Notes: generated by a model not told the origin, from the sequence alone. Counted from the stretch's first letter, positions 12,736 to 22,572 are shown. The stretch: 64,000 nt of DNA from Smithella sp. (GCA_035524255.1 DATKPG010000002.1:92192-156191), one strand, 5' to 3'. Numbers and translations are program-made.

Positions 12736-12763
12736 AAAAAGGCGCCGCGAGGCGCCTTTTTTT
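12736..12763 (+). terminator. rho-independent terminator after gyrA
   Basis: aaaaaGGCGCCgcgaGGCGCCttttttt. Confidence 0.8.
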
Positions 12764-12778
12764 ATGACAGGCGGGAAC

Positions 12779-12807
12779 TTGCTGAATAAACCATCTTAAG
12801 TTATAAT
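12779..12807 (+). promoter_or_regulatory. sigma-70 promoter (TTGCTG - 17 nt - TATAAT) ending 6 nt before the archease ATG
   Basis: -35 at 12779-12784 and a consensus -10 at 12802-12807. There is no SD between the -10 and the ATG at 12814. Confidence 0.5.
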
Positions 12808-12813
12808 CTGTTT

Positions 12814-13251
12814 ATGCCCTATTACAATTATTTTGATCATACAGCCGATATAGGCATTGAAATATCAGGACGGACTAAAAAGGAACTGTTTGCCAACGCC
12901 GCCTGTGCTTTGTTTGACGTCCTGATCGAAAACATCAAAAATAATGGCAGGTCTATCCACGAGAGAAAAGGGCGGCACAAAACAATAATCGTTGAGGGAG
13001 CGGATGCGGCCGATTTGCTGATTAATTTTTTAAGGGAGATGCTTTACTTATTTAATGGCGAGCACTGGGTAGTCGATGATTGCGAAATGATGGAATTGGG
13101 CAAGAACAAACTCGTGGCAAAATTGACGGGAGAATCATACAATAAGAGAAAGCATTTGATTAAAACGGAGATTAAGGCGGTAACCTATGGTGGCCTGAGT
13201 GTGATAAAGGCAAATTCGATCTGGAAAGCAAGAATCATTTTTGATGTATAA
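12814..13251 (+). CDS. archease (RtcB activator/chaperone)
   Basis: N-terminal 'YFDHTADIGIEI' and C-terminal 'IKAVTYGGLSV'. 145 aa, directly upstream of rtcB. Confidence 0.9.
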   Translation: MPYYNYFDHTADIGIEISGRTKKELFANAACALFDVLIENIKNNGRSIHERKGRHKTIIVEGADAADLLINFLREMLYLFNGEHWVVDDCEMMELGKNKLVAKLTGESYNKRKHLIKTEIKAVTYGGLSVIKANSIWKARIIFDV

Positions 13252-13265
13252 AAAAGCAATATGTC

Positions 13266-13376
13266 ATAACTTGCAAGTTGCTCATCAAAAGTATACCGCG
13301 ACGGCAAGGAAGAGGCGATGCAGGCGTATATTATGATACGTCGAAGGAGCCGATGACGCAGCCAACAAAGGTAGAC
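13266..13376 (-). repeat. intergenic imperfect-palindrome repeat, copy E (inverted relative to the copies at 25.7 and 47.7 kb)
   Basis: The reverse complement reads 'ctttgttggctgcgtcatcggctccttcgacgtatcataatatacgcctg'. This aligns with 25703-25750 'ctttgttggctcgaagtcggcttcctcaacgtattaccatatacgcctcg'. Confidence 0.6.
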
Positions 13377-13378
13377 GA

Positions 13379-14833
13379 ATGAATGCAGCTTGGCAAGAAA
13401 TAAAACTGGAAAAGTTGGATAACAACCGCTGGCTTTTGCCGCAGACGGGTTCTATGCGCGTGCCGGGGATTATCTACGCTAATGATAAAATTTTTGATCT
13501 GTTGAAAAACGATGAAAGCGCAAAGCAGGTTGCCAACGTCGCGCATTTGCCGGGCATTGTACAATATTCTCTGGCTATGCCTGATGTCCACTGGGGCTAT
13601 GGCTTTCCCATAGGCGGTGTGGCGGCGTTTGATCTGGATGGCGGCATAATTTCGCCGGGCGGCGTCGGTTACGACATCAATTGCGGCTGCCGACTGATGA
13701 CTACCGAACTTTTACTTGCCGACATCAAAAACAAAATAAAGGATTTAACGACGGCACTGTATCAGCGCATACCCTCGGGCGTCGGTTCCACAGGCTATGT
13801 CAAACTATCAGGGAAAGATCAGAAAAAAGTGCTCGAAGAAGGCGCGCGATGGGCGATCAAGGCTGGTTTCGGGAGTGCCCAGGATTTGGAAACAACGGAA
13901 GATGGCGGCTGCATGAGCGGCGCGGATCCAGAGCAGGTCTCAGCGCGGGCCATTGAAAGAGGCAAGCAACAGTTAGGCACGCTGGGTTCAGGCAATCATT
14001 TTCTGGAAATTGAAGTTGTGCAGGAGATATTTGATGAGAAAGCGGCGCAGGCGTTTGGGTTACATAAGGGTCAAGTCGTCGTCATGATTCACACCGGTTC
14101 TCGCGGATTGGGTTATCAGATTTGTGACGATTATCTGGCCTTAATGGTCAAACACGCGCCGGAGACGGGCATTGTGCTGCCGGACAGGCAACTGGCCTGC
14201 GCGTATCTCAATTCGGCCAGGGGACAAAATTATCTGGCGGCCATGGCCTGCGGAGCCAATTTCGCCTGGGCCAACCGGCAAATCCTGATGAATCTAACAG
14301 GCGAAGTTCTTGAAAAAACGCTGCGCGTGGCTCCCCGCGAACTGGGAATGCGTCTGGTCTATGATGTCTGTCATAACATTGCCAAAATAGAATCGTTTAC
14401 GATTGCGGGCGTTACAAAAAATCTTTGCGTGCATCGCAAGGGCGCGACGCGAGCCTATCCGGCTGGATCGGACGTAATACCGGCGCGTTATCAATCTGTC
14501 GGCCAGCCGGTGCTGATTCCCGGGGACATGGGAACAGGTTCTTACGTTTTAGCGGGTCAGGAAAAAGCTATGCAGGAAACATTCGGAAGCGCCTGCCATG
14601 GCGCGGGACGCGTAATGAGCCGGACTCAGGCGATCAAATCCTGCCGGGGGCGATCGATTAGCCGCAAATTGGCCGATCAGGGAGTATTAGTGATGGCTGG
14701 CAGCAAAGGTACACTTTGTGAAGAAATGCCGGAAGCCTATAAAAATTTGCAGGATGTTGTGCAGGTTATGCATGAGGCGGGAATTGCTAAAAAGGTGGCG
14801 CGGCTTAAATCAATAGCCTGCATCAAAGGGTAG
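13379..14833 (+). CDS. rtcB: RNA 3'-phosphate/5'-OH ligase RtcB
   Basis: 'PDVHWGYGFPIGGV', 'GGVGYDINCG', 'GSGNHFLE', 'HTGSRGLG', 'CHGAGR'. Confidence 0.95.
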   Translation: MNAAWQEIKLEKLDNNRWLLPQTGSMRVPGIIYANDKIFDLLKNDESAKQVANVAHLPGIVQYSLAMPDVHWGYGFPIGGVAAFDLDGGIISPGGVGYDINCGCRLMTTELLLADIKNKIKDLTTALYQRIPSGVGSTGYVKLSGKDQKKVLEEGARWAIKAGFGSAQDLETTEDGGCMSGADPEQVSARAIERGKQQLGTLGSGNHFLEIEVVQEIFDEKAAQAFGLHKGQVVVMIHTGSRGLGYQICDDYLALMVKHAPETGIVLPDRQLACAYLNSARGQNYLAAMACGANFAWANRQILMNLTGEVLEKTLRVAPRELGMRLVYDVCHNIAKIESFTIAGVTKNLCVHRKGATRAYPAGSDVIPARYQSVGQPVLIPGDMGTGSYVLAGQEKAMQETFGSACHGAGRVMSRTQAIKSCRGRSISRKLADQGVLVMAGSKGTLCEEMPEAYKNLQDVVQVMHEAGIAKKVARLKSIACIKG

Positions 14834-14981
14834 TGTATGCTGTAACGATCAGGGCAAACTCAACACGGCTTTGGGCATTGTATAGAGTCGTCAACGCATG
14901 TTCGATAAATAAGTTTAGTTCAGTGGAAAAAATACGAAAGCTGTTGTAAATAAAGCTGAAAAATAAATCCGGAGGAGCAAC

Positions 14982-15290
14982 ATGTCCGAGATCATTTTTG
15001 AAAACGATGAAGACTGGGAAAAAAGAGTCCTGTGCAGCGATGAGTCCTGTATCGGCACAATAGGCCCGGACGGCACATGCAGGGAGTGCGGCAAGGTTTA
15101 TGAGGGAAAGTTTACCGGTCAGCAGACCGGCAGTGTTCAACCGGAGATGTCAGAAGAACAGCAAACGGTTCAGTCCGCGGATACGGCATCGGATGAGGAT
15201 TGGGAAAAAAGAATTCTGTGCGGCGATGAGTCCTGCATTGGGGTTATAGGTTCCGATGGCAAGTGCAGGGAATGCGGGAAACCACTATAA
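14982..15290 (+). CDS. tandem-duplicated 4-Cys zinc-ribbon mini-protein (102 aa)
   Basis: SD is GGAGGAG. Two 30-aa repeats 'DEDWEKR(V/I)LC(S/G)DESCIG(T/V)IG(P/S)DG(T/K)CRECGK' sit at nt 15006-15095 and 15192-15281. Confidence 0.7.
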   Translation: MSEIIFENDEDWEKRVLCSDESCIGTIGPDGTCRECGKVYEGKFTGQQTGSVQPEMSEEQQTVQSADTASDEDWEKRILCGDESCIGVIGSDGKCRECGKPL

Positions 15291-15325
15291 CTCAAAAGGG
15301 CGGATAACTATTTGGTGGTAAATTT

Positions 15326-16207
15326 ATGACCATTGAAAAAACAAGAACTACCGACATAATCCTTTTTATTGGCCGATGCGTTCCACTCATTGTGCGCAAA
15401 GGATTCTTCAAGATGATCTTCTGGCTTTTTTACCACATGGTTGCTAAAAGCCGTTTGATTGTTCTGCATAATCTTCAGCGTTCCTTTCCGGAAAAAGATC
15501 TGAAGGAAATAATCAAAATCGCCAAAGGGGTTTACAGACATTTTTCCATTGTGGCCGCAGAGTTTTTCGATCTGCCTTCAATTACCCGGGAAAATATTGA
15601 CAAATGGGTCGAGGTGGAAGGCATGGAAAATGCCGATGCGGCGCTTGCCTTGAATAAAGGCGCCCTGTCCATTGTTGCTCATTTCGGCAACTGGGAGCTT
15701 TTGACCATAGCTATCCCTATGCTGGTCAGGCCTATGTATATCGTCTATAGGCCGCTGGACAGCCCCGTCTTTGATAATATGGTGGAGTATGTGCGCACCA
15801 TGCAGGGAAATTCTCTGATTCCCAAGGGAGGATCGGGGAAAAAGGTGTTGGAACTGTTAAAGGAAAATCAGATTATAGGAATCTTAAGCGACCAGAACGT
15901 GGCCGCTTACGAGGGAGTATTTGTTGATTTCTTCGGCCGTCCCGCCTGCACCGGCGTGGGGCTTGCGGTAATGGCGATGCGTTCCGGCACTCCGGTGGTC
16001 CCGGTTTTCATGGCGAGGCAGAGATCCGGTAAATACAAGCTTATTATTAAGCCTGCGGTCGAAACCGTTTGCACCGACGATTATAAGTCCGATCTGTTTG
16101 TAAATACACAGCGGTTTACTAAAATAGTGGAAGATGTTATTCGTGAATATCCGGATCAGTGGTTTTGGTTCCACCAGCGCTGGAAAACAAAGACTTATCA
16201 AAAATAA
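15326..16207 (+). CDS. lysophospholipid/lipid A late acyltransferase family protein (LpxL/HtrB-like)
   Basis: N-terminal TM segment, 'HFGNWELL' (Hx4E acyltransferase motif) and C-terminal 'YPDQWFWFHQRWK'. Confidence 0.75.
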   Translation: MTIEKTRTTDIILFIGRCVPLIVRKGFFKMIFWLFYHMVAKSRLIVLHNLQRSFPEKDLKEIIKIAKGVYRHFSIVAAEFFDLPSITRENIDKWVEVEGMENADAALALNKGALSIVAHFGNWELLTIAIPMLVRPMYIVYRPLDSPVFDNMVEYVRTMQGNSLIPKGGSGKKVLELLKENQIIGILSDQNVAAYEGVFVDFFGRPACTGVGLAVMAMRSGTPVVPVFMARQRSGKYKLIIKPAVETVCTDDYKSDLFVNTQRFTKIVEDVIREYPDQWFWFHQRWKTKTYQK

Positions 16208-16231
16208 AAGAGCTCAACCTCAACAGCAAAT

Positions 16232-16264
16232 AAAAAAGCCATCGATTTAATCGATGGCTTTTTT
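16232..16264. terminator. bidirectional rho-independent terminator between convergent genes
   Basis: aaaaaaGCCATCGATttaATCGATGGCtttttt. Confidence 0.85.
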
Positions 16265-16281
16265 ATTCAGTGAAAAAATTT

Positions 16282-17337
16282 TTATTCTGCCAAGGCTTTT
16301 ATCCCCTTGTATTGATTAAGGTCGGTATAGAGCTCGCTGGTATAAGGATTGCGCTTTGTTTTGGCTATTTTGTAAATCATATAGCCGAAAACAGCAATGT
16401 TCGAAAGCAAGGCCAGCAAACTTACAACAAACAATGCCGTTGTATCAGGCGTCGCGGAGGCCACCGGATACAAACCTTCTTTGGTTAAAGCAATTCCTTT
16501 TGCCGCTGCCGCAATTTCAGCGCTGGCAGTTGCCTGGATAGAGAAGGGTCCCTTGTCGATGAACGCGGGGAAAGTCTGAGCAAACATACACCACAGAGCA
16601 AGAGTCTGGGCGCGATGTTGCAGCCATGCGCCCTTGCCGACTGTGAATGCGCAAAGTGTAGGCGCGAGCAGCAACGCGAATCCGGCGTACCATGAGTGGC
16701 CCGGCAGGCAGTTGTAGGTATAGGCGAAGTTCCAGAGGTCATAAGCAATAATCCAGAACCAGAGCATATCCGGCCATAACATGTCCATACTCTTGTCTGA
16801 GTCTATTTTTTTACGAACGCAGATTCCAAACCAGCCCGTTATTGTGATGGTGTTAAGGATTCCGGCAATGCCGTTCATGTAATTCCATGAACCGCCAATG
16901 TAGTATTCAATTTGATTGTGCAAAAACTCAATGGTGGGAACTGTATAATCCATGCCTACCTGAAAGTCACGCGTGACAGCTTCAATGATGTTGATGGCAA
17001 GAATCAGCGGCGGGAAGCACAGCGCCCATTTCTTATCGCTGAGTTTCCAAACTTTTCCGTCTCTGCCTGTACCGCGAATGTGTCTGATGCACCAGAATCC
17101 GATGCATCCGGCTGTTGATGAGTATACCTTAGCCAGATGGAACCAATCCATATAGGCTGTATCACGCAATATTGTAAGCCATAAAATTGTAAGAATTATC
17201 GGCAGTACAACAAACATGGCAAAACCTGCCCATTTGAATCGACGGCCTGCCTCATTGGAGACGAACAAGGCGAAAAATGCCGCAATCCAGACAAGCCATA
17301 CCAAAACGGAGCTAACATCTGTGCTGAAAGTAAACAT
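16282..17337 (-). CDS. polytopic integral membrane protein of unknown function
   Basis: 351 aa with about 9-10 hydrophobic segments and many Trp/aromatic residues. SD is GGAGGGA. I cannot assign a family. Confidence 0.7.
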   Translation of the reverse strand: MFTFSTDVSSVLVWLVWIAAFFALFVSNEAGRRFKWAGFAMFVVLPIILTILWLTILRDTAYMDWFHLAKVYSSTAGCIGFWCIRHIRGTGRDGKVWKLSDKKWALCFPPLILAINIIEAVTRDFQVGMDYTVPTIEFLHNQIEYYIGGSWNYMNGIAGILNTITITGWFGICVRKKIDSDKSMDMLWPDMLWFWIIAYDLWNFAYTYNCLPGHSWYAGFALLLAPTLCAFTVGKGAWLQHRAQTLALWCMFAQTFPAFIDKGPFSIQATASAEIAAAAKGIALTKEGLYPVASATPDTTALFVVSLLALLSNIAVFGYMIYKIAKTKRNPYTSELYTDLNQYKGIKALAE

Positions 17338-17540
17338 ATCGTTCCCTCCTGCTGGTATTAAATGGAGTAATGTTTAAAATTTTTTATAAGGCAGAAATTT
17401 CATATTTGCTTGTTCGATGCGCATAGTCAATGACCCACATATCGTGTTGAGCTTCAGCCCTCCTTATTGCTATATACGCCATCGTACACACGTCACTTGC
17501 CGGGATACCCGCTTGTTGCCTCGAGGCTTTTACAGCGTCA

Positions 17541-17972
17541 TCAAAAGTCGTAGAGCTGTGCGCCCGGAATAACCGTAAACTTATGCCCAAGCAATACTTC
17601 AATAGCTTTTTCGGGGTTATCGAAGCGAAAGATGATGACGGCATTCTGGCCGCTTTTTTCCACAAAGGCATAGAGATATTCCACGTTAATGCCTTCTTTG
17701 GAAACAACTTCCATAATGCTGTGCAGTCCGCCCGGTTTATCGGGAACTTCAACGGCCACAACAGGGGTTTTGCTTACACGGAAGCCGTTATCCTTAAGCA
17801 CTTTATTTGCTTTTTCCACGTCATTGACAATCAAACGCAAAATACCGAAATCGACCGTTTCAGCCAGCGACAGAGTCCGTATATTTATGTTATTTTCTTT
17901 CATGACACGTGTTGCGTGCTCGAGCGACCCGGGTTTATTTTCTAAAAAAACCGAAATTTGTTCTACTTTCAT
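17541..17972 (-). CDS. ACT-domain (amino-acid-binding) protein, tandem ACT
   Basis: '[20 protein letters not shown]' followed by a second '[16 protein letters not shown]'. This is the usual partner gene downstream of paaK-like ligases. Confidence 0.85.
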   Translation of the reverse strand: MKVEQISVFLENKPGSLEHATRVMKENNINIRTLSLAETVDFGILRLIVNDVEKANKVLKDNGFRVSKTPVVAVEVPDKPGGLHSIMEVVSKEGINVEYLYAFVEKSGQNAVIIFRFDNPEKAIEVLLGHKFTVIPGAQLYDF

Positions 17973-17992
17973 TGCAACCCCCTTATAATTTA

Positions 17993-19291
17993 TCAGTAGC
18001 GGCGTTTATCAATAATTTTTGCTCCTGCTTTTTGAAGAGTATTGGGTTCGACAAGCTTGACGCGCGCGGAGACACCCAAATAATCCTTCATGTCCTTAAC
18101 GATCCTTTTTTCAATTTTCTGCAGTTCTTTGACACTGCCGGAATCGCTGAATATATTGTCGCTGACCTCCACTTGTAAATCCAGCGAGTCCAGCGCGCCC
18201 ACTTTATCAATAATTAATTGATAATTGGGTTTCAATCCTTCGATGCCGACTAAAATCGATTCTATTTGAGAGGGGAAGATATTGATGCCCCTTACAATCA
18301 GCATATCGTCGCTTCTTTTTAGAACTCTTTCCATCTTAACGTGACTGCGGCCGCATCGGCACGGTTCGGTAATAAGGCGCGATATGTCGCCGGTACGGTA
18401 ACGGACGAGCGGACCCGCTTCTTTGGTGAGAGTTGTAAAAACCAGTTCGCCCTCTTCTCCCTCGGGAAGAACTTCGCCTGTTGCTGGATTGATTGTTTCG
18501 ACGATAAAATGATCTTCAAAAACATGCATGCCATTGCGGCCTTCGATGCATTCCATAGCCATGCCCGGGCCGATAACTTCCGATAAACCGTAAAGATCCA
18601 GAGCGGTGATACCAAAAGCTTTTTCAATTTCATCGCGCGTCGCCTCATTCCATGGTTCTGCTCCGAAAATGCCCACGCGCAGTTTTAAAGATTTCATGTC
18701 CACTCCGAGAACCTTTGCTTCTTCAACGAGGTGTAGTGCGTATGAAGGCGTGGAACAAATTACGGTCGGACCGAAATCCTGCAAAATCATGATTTGCCTT
18801 TTTGTATTTTCTCCGGACATGGGAATAACACTGGCGCCTATTTTTTCCGCGCCATAATGCAGTCCCAGACCGCCGGTAAACAATCCGTAACCAAAGGCGT
18901 TATGAATGATATCGTTCTTTGTTATACCCGCGGCGGAAAGCGAACGCGCGACCAGGTCCGACCATATTTCAATATCGCGTCTGGTATAACCAAAAACAGC
19001 CGACCTTCCGCTGGTACCCGAAGATGTGTGTAAACGAACGACACTGCTCATGGGCACGGAAAATAAGCCGAAAGGATAATTATCGCGTAAATCCTTTCTG
19101 GTGATAAAAGGAAGCTTTTTCATATCGGCAATGGATTTTACATCATCAGACTTGACTCCCGCGGCATCAAAAGATTTTTTATAAAATCCCACCGTATGGT
19201 AGATGCGTTCCAGAACAAGCTTCAGTCTTTTGACTTGCAGGGCTTTTATAACTTCACGGGGCATGGTTTCAAATTCTTCATTGTAGATCAT
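17993..19291 (-). CDS. paaK: phenylacetate--CoA ligase family protein
   Basis: 'SSGTSGRS' AMP-binding motif, '[10 protein letters not shown]' and 'YRTGD'. I chose the ATG at 19291 ([10 protein letters not shown]..., SD GGGAGA) over the upstream 19348 start. Confidence 0.9.
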   Translation of the reverse strand: MIYNEEFETMPREVIKALQVKRLKLVLERIYHTVGFYKKSFDAAGVKSDDVKSIADMKKLPFITRKDLRDNYPFGLFSVPMSSVVRLHTSSGTSGRSAVFGYTRRDIEIWSDLVARSLSAAGITKNDIIHNAFGYGLFTGGLGLHYGAEKIGASVIPMSGENTKRQIMILQDFGPTVICSTPSYALHLVEEAKVLGVDMKSLKLRVGIFGAEPWNEATRDEIEKAFGITALDLYGLSEVIGPGMAMECIEGRNGMHVFEDHFIVETINPATGEVLPEGEEGELVFTTLTKEAGPLVRYRTGDISRLITEPCRCGRSHVKMERVLKRSDDMLIVRGINIFPSQIESILVGIEGLKPNYQLIIDKVGALDSLDLQVEVSDNIFSDSGSVKELQKIEKRIVKDMKDYLGVSARVKLVEPNTLQKAGAKIIDKRRY

Positions 19292-19482
19292 GGGTTTGTG
19301 TCTCCCTTTTCGTAGGACGAATGCCTTGCTTGACAGGAAGTCTAACAAAACTTTTTGCCTCTGGCAAGAAACTTTCCGACAGAAAAAGTTGTTTAGGATA
19401 TAAAGGGGTTGGCAGAGAAAGTCATTTTTATAAAATTATTCCGGCAGATTATTTTTTAATAAAATTTTCTGCTGGGGGGGGG

Positions 19483-20010
19483 TCAGCAGCAACACTTAAG
19501 ATAGTTTTCAGCCAGCATAATGCCCAACACAGTTTTAGCGTCGATTATTTCGCCGTTTTTAATTAATTCCTGAGCACGAGCAAAACTAACAGGCAAGGTT
19601 TCGATAAACTCATCTTCGTCGGGGGTCAACGGAGCATGGATCAAATCATTGGCGAGAAAAAAATACATGTATTCGTTACAGTATCCCGGCAGAAGGTAAC
19701 CTTCAAAGAGTTTAACAAGCCCTCCGGCCTTAAACCCGGTTTCCTCGGCCAGTTCCCTTTGGGCGCAAACGGCAGCTTCTTCTGAAGCATCCAGTGATCC
19801 GGCGGGGATTTCCAGAAGATTCTTTTTAACAGCGTTGCGGTATTGTTTTATTAAGAGTAATTCGTTTTTCCCGTTGATGGCGACAATCGCGACGGTGGGA
19901 TTATGGTTAATCCAGCTTTGCCTGATTGATCTGCCGTCAGGCAAAGCATATTCTTCTTCCCAGACATCAAAAATTTTACAGTGGTATTCTAAGGTTTTAT
20001 TATTTTTCAT
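19483..20010 (-). CDS. NUDIX hydrolase (ADP-ribose pyrophosphatase-like)
   Basis: Complete Nudix box 'GSLDASEEAAVCAQRELAEETGF'. Confidence 0.85.
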   Translation of the reverse strand: MKNNKTLEYHCKIFDVWEEEYALPDGRSIRQSWINHNPTVAIVAINGKNELLLIKQYRNAVKKNLLEIPAGSLDASEEAAVCAQRELAEETGFKAGGLVKLFEGYLLPGYCNEYMYFFLANDLIHAPLTPDEDEFIETLPVSFARAQELIKNGEIIDAKTVLGIMLAENYLKCCC

Positions 20011-20026
20011 CGGCGAGTTGCTTCAT

Positions 20027-20584
20027 TTAGTTTGTCTTGATGATGGATAACAGATGTCTTTCGATTTCTTCTTTAGGCAGCGCTCCGGTTACTCTATCTA
20101 CAATTTTACCTTCCTTGAAGAATAGCATGGTCGGAATGCTGCGGATTCCATATTGAGAGGCGGTGAGTTGATTTTCATCAACATTAAGCTTAACCACTTT
20201 TACTCCGTTGGCATAATCAGAGGCGAGCTCATCAATAATCGGGGACAATGTCCTGCAGGGAGCGCACCATGGCGCCCAGCAATCTACAAGCACGGATGTA
20301 TCGGAAGACAGAACCTCGCGCGCAAATGTTTGATCCGTTACATCGAAAGGCATGATTTTTTGCTGAGGAATGATCAATGGTTCATGACATTTTCCGCATA
20401 AAGGTTTTTGATTTAAGCGATCTTCGGATATTCGGTTTTTCGTGCCGCATTTAAGGCAACGAATAATTAATTCATCCAGCGACGCGCCGCACTTGCCACA
20501 GCTGGACCGCCCCTGTAGTTTTTTATGAGGTATTCGGTTTTTTGTTCCGCAATTAAGACAGCGGATGATTACATTATCAGGCAT
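20027..20584 (-). CDS. thioredoxin with two N-terminal Trx2-type zinc-finger repeats
   Basis: 'WAPWCAPCR' active site. It is preceded by two copies of 'IIRCL(N/K)CGTKNRI...CGKC'. Confidence 0.9.
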   Translation of the reverse strand: MPDNVIIRCLNCGTKNRIPHKKLQGRSSCGKCGASLDELIIRCLKCGTKNRISEDRLNQKPLCGKCHEPLIIPQQKIMPFDVTDQTFAREVLSSDTSVLVDCWAPWCAPCRTLSPIIDELASDYANGVKVVKLNVDENQLTASQYGIRSIPTMLFFKEGKIVDRVTGALPKEEIERHLLSIIKTN

Positions 20585-20633
20585 ATTCTTTAACCTTGGT
20601 TATATTGTCTCTTTTTTCACGGAAAAAGGCAAA

Positions 20634-21116
20634 TCATATAGCAACGTTCACCTCAACCGGTTTAAGTATTCTCACAATTTCTAAAGCGGGTATTCGAGCC
20701 AGTAAACCGCGGCTGCCCGCGTTGATAAATATTTCCGGCAAATCCGTTATGGTTTTTTCCATATAAACGGGCATTGCTTTTTTGGTGCCGAAAGGCGAAG
20801 TGCCGCCGACTCTATAACCTGTGTGTTTTTCCGCCACCGCCGGATTGCATGGAGAAACCGATTTCACGCCGATGGTCCGGGCCAGCGTTTTTGTGGAAAC
20901 CTCCTTATCGCCGTGCATTAAAATAATGAACGGTTTATTGTTTTCATCCTCCATTATCAGTGTTTTGATAATGCGGTGTTCATCAACCATCAGTTTACCC
21001 GCCGCCGTTTTTGTGCCGCCTCTTTCCTCATATGGGTAAGTATGCAGAGTAAAATCAGCTCTTTGCGCTTTCAAGACTAAAATGGCCGGAGTTGTCGGAA
21101 ACTTTTCTTTAGTCAT
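20634..21116 (-). CDS. ybaK: Cys-tRNA(Pro)/Cys-tRNA(Cys) deacylase YbaK/EbsC family
   Basis: About 160 aa, with 'HGDKEVSTK' and 'GGTSPFG'. ATG at 21116; the track start at 21119 is a GTG. Confidence 0.85.
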   Translation of the reverse strand: MTKEKFPTTPAILVLKAQRADFTLHTYPYEERGGTKTAAGKLMVDEHRIIKTLIMEDENNKPFIILMHGDKEVSTKTLARTIGVKSVSPCNPAVAEKHTGYRVGGTSPFGTKKAMPVYMEKTITDLPEIFINAGSRGLLARIPALEIVRILKPVEVNVAI

Positions 21117-21387
21117 CACGCATATAATAACAACGAATCATAAAAAAGCAATATACACTGATTTTGACAAAATAATTTTAACGGTAGAGGTTGTTATTGA
21201 TCTTGCGTCGCAGGAAAAAACATATAAATATTTACATAAAAACAAATAATTACATATATATACAATATAATCCTCTTTAAAGGGGGTAAGTTATTGTACG
21301 AGTTTCCCAGGCCTAGTGTTTGTTTATGCAGGGAAAATCTTTTGACTTATCTCATTTTCTTGATTTTACTTTTATTTTAAGATATTT

Positions 21388-22572
21388 GTGCCGAACATCT
21401 TTAAGATAAGGAATTTTACATTGCAAATAAATCCAAGCACTAAACATAAACTGATCCGTGATTCCGTGCGGCATTTTGCGGAAACAGAACTTGCGCCCGT
21501 TGCTGCCGAAATAGACCGTAAAGCCACTTTTCCTTTTGCCGTTATCGAAAAGATGAAGGCGCTTAATTATTTCGGTCTGCAGGTGCCCCGGGAATTCGGC
21601 GGTGTGGCTATGGATTCCATCAGCTCGGCAATCGTTGTGGAAGAATTATCCCGCATTTGCGCCGCGGTAGGCTTATGCGTCACCGTGCACAATGGAGTAG
21701 CGGTCTTTCCTTTTCTTCGCTTTGCCACGCCGGAGCAAAAAAACATTTACCTGCCTAAATTGGCCAGTGGTGAAATGATCGGCGCTTTCAGTTTGACCGA
21801 AGCTAATGCGGGTTCTGATTCAGCAAGCGTGGAAACAACAGCAGTAAAAAAAAATAAGGAATACGTCTTAAACGGCACGAAAATATTTGTTACCAACGGC
21901 GGGATTTGTGATCTGGCCTTAATTTTCGCATTGACCGGTTTTGATCCAGCTCGTCCGCAGAGCAGCGTTTTTATTGTTGAGAGTAAGTATGCCGGATTTT
22001 TGCGCGGCGAATTGGAAGATCTTTGCGGAATGCGAGCCAACCCGGTTTCTTCGTTATTTTTTGAAGATTGCTGTGTGCCGGAAAAAAATCTGCTGGGAAG
22101 AATCGGCGACGGAATGAAAATAGGCATGACCACGCTGGATAACGGCAGGATCGGCGTTGCCGCGCAAGCTTTAGGCATTGCCCAGGGCGCATTGGAAGCG
22201 GCGGTAAAATACGCCAAAGAAAGGCAACAATTTAAAAAACCCATTGCGTCGTTGCAGACCATTCAAAATTACATTGCCGATATGGCCACCCGGCAAACGG
22301 CGGCGCGTTTACTGTTGTACCACGCATGTTCCTTGAAGGACAAAGGGTCTCCCTTTGGCTGTGAAGCGACGATGGCGAAACTGTATTGCAGTCAGGTTGC
22401 GGCACAAACTACCTCTCTGGCCGTCCAAATTCATGGCGGCTATGGATACAGCAAGGAATATGATGTGGAAAGATATTTCCGTGACGCAAAAGTTACAGAA
22501 ATTTATGAAGGTACCAGTGAAATTCAGCGCATGGTTATTGCGCGCTCAATACTATCTCAATTGATCTTATAG
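21388..22572 (+). CDS. acyl-CoA dehydrogenase (short/butyryl-CoA type)
   Basis: 'LTEANAGSDSAS', 'GGYGYSKEY' and 'YEGTSEIQRMVIAR'. There is no N-terminal ATG. Candidate starts are GTG 21388 or TTG 21421, the latter with SD AAGGAA 7 nt upstream. Confidence 0.9.
   Translation: MPNIFKIRNFTLQINPSTKHKLIRDSVRHFAETELAPVAAEIDRKATFPFAVIEKMKALNYFGLQVPREFGGVAMDSISSAIVVEELSRICAAVGLCVTVHNGVAVFPFLRFATPEQKNIYLPKLASGEMIGAFSLTEANAGSDSASVETTAVKKNKEYVLNGTKIFVTNGGICDLALIFALTGFDPARPQSSVFIVESKYAGFLRGELEDLCGMRANPVSSLFFEDCCVPEKNLLGRIGDGMKIGMTTLDNGRIGVAAQALGIAQGALEAAVKYAKERQQFKKPIASLQTIQNYIADMATRQTAARLLLYHACSLKDKGSPFGCEATMAKLYCSQVAAQTTSLAVQIHGGYGYSKEYDVERYFRDAKVTEIYEGTSEIQRMVIARSILSQLIL

Noticed and set aside
17384-17761. 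A 125-aa minus-strand ORF overlapping the 3' half of the ACT-domain gene.
   Set aside because: It is in a different frame on the same strand as a gene with clear ACT motifs and a strong SD. It has no motif or RBS of its own.
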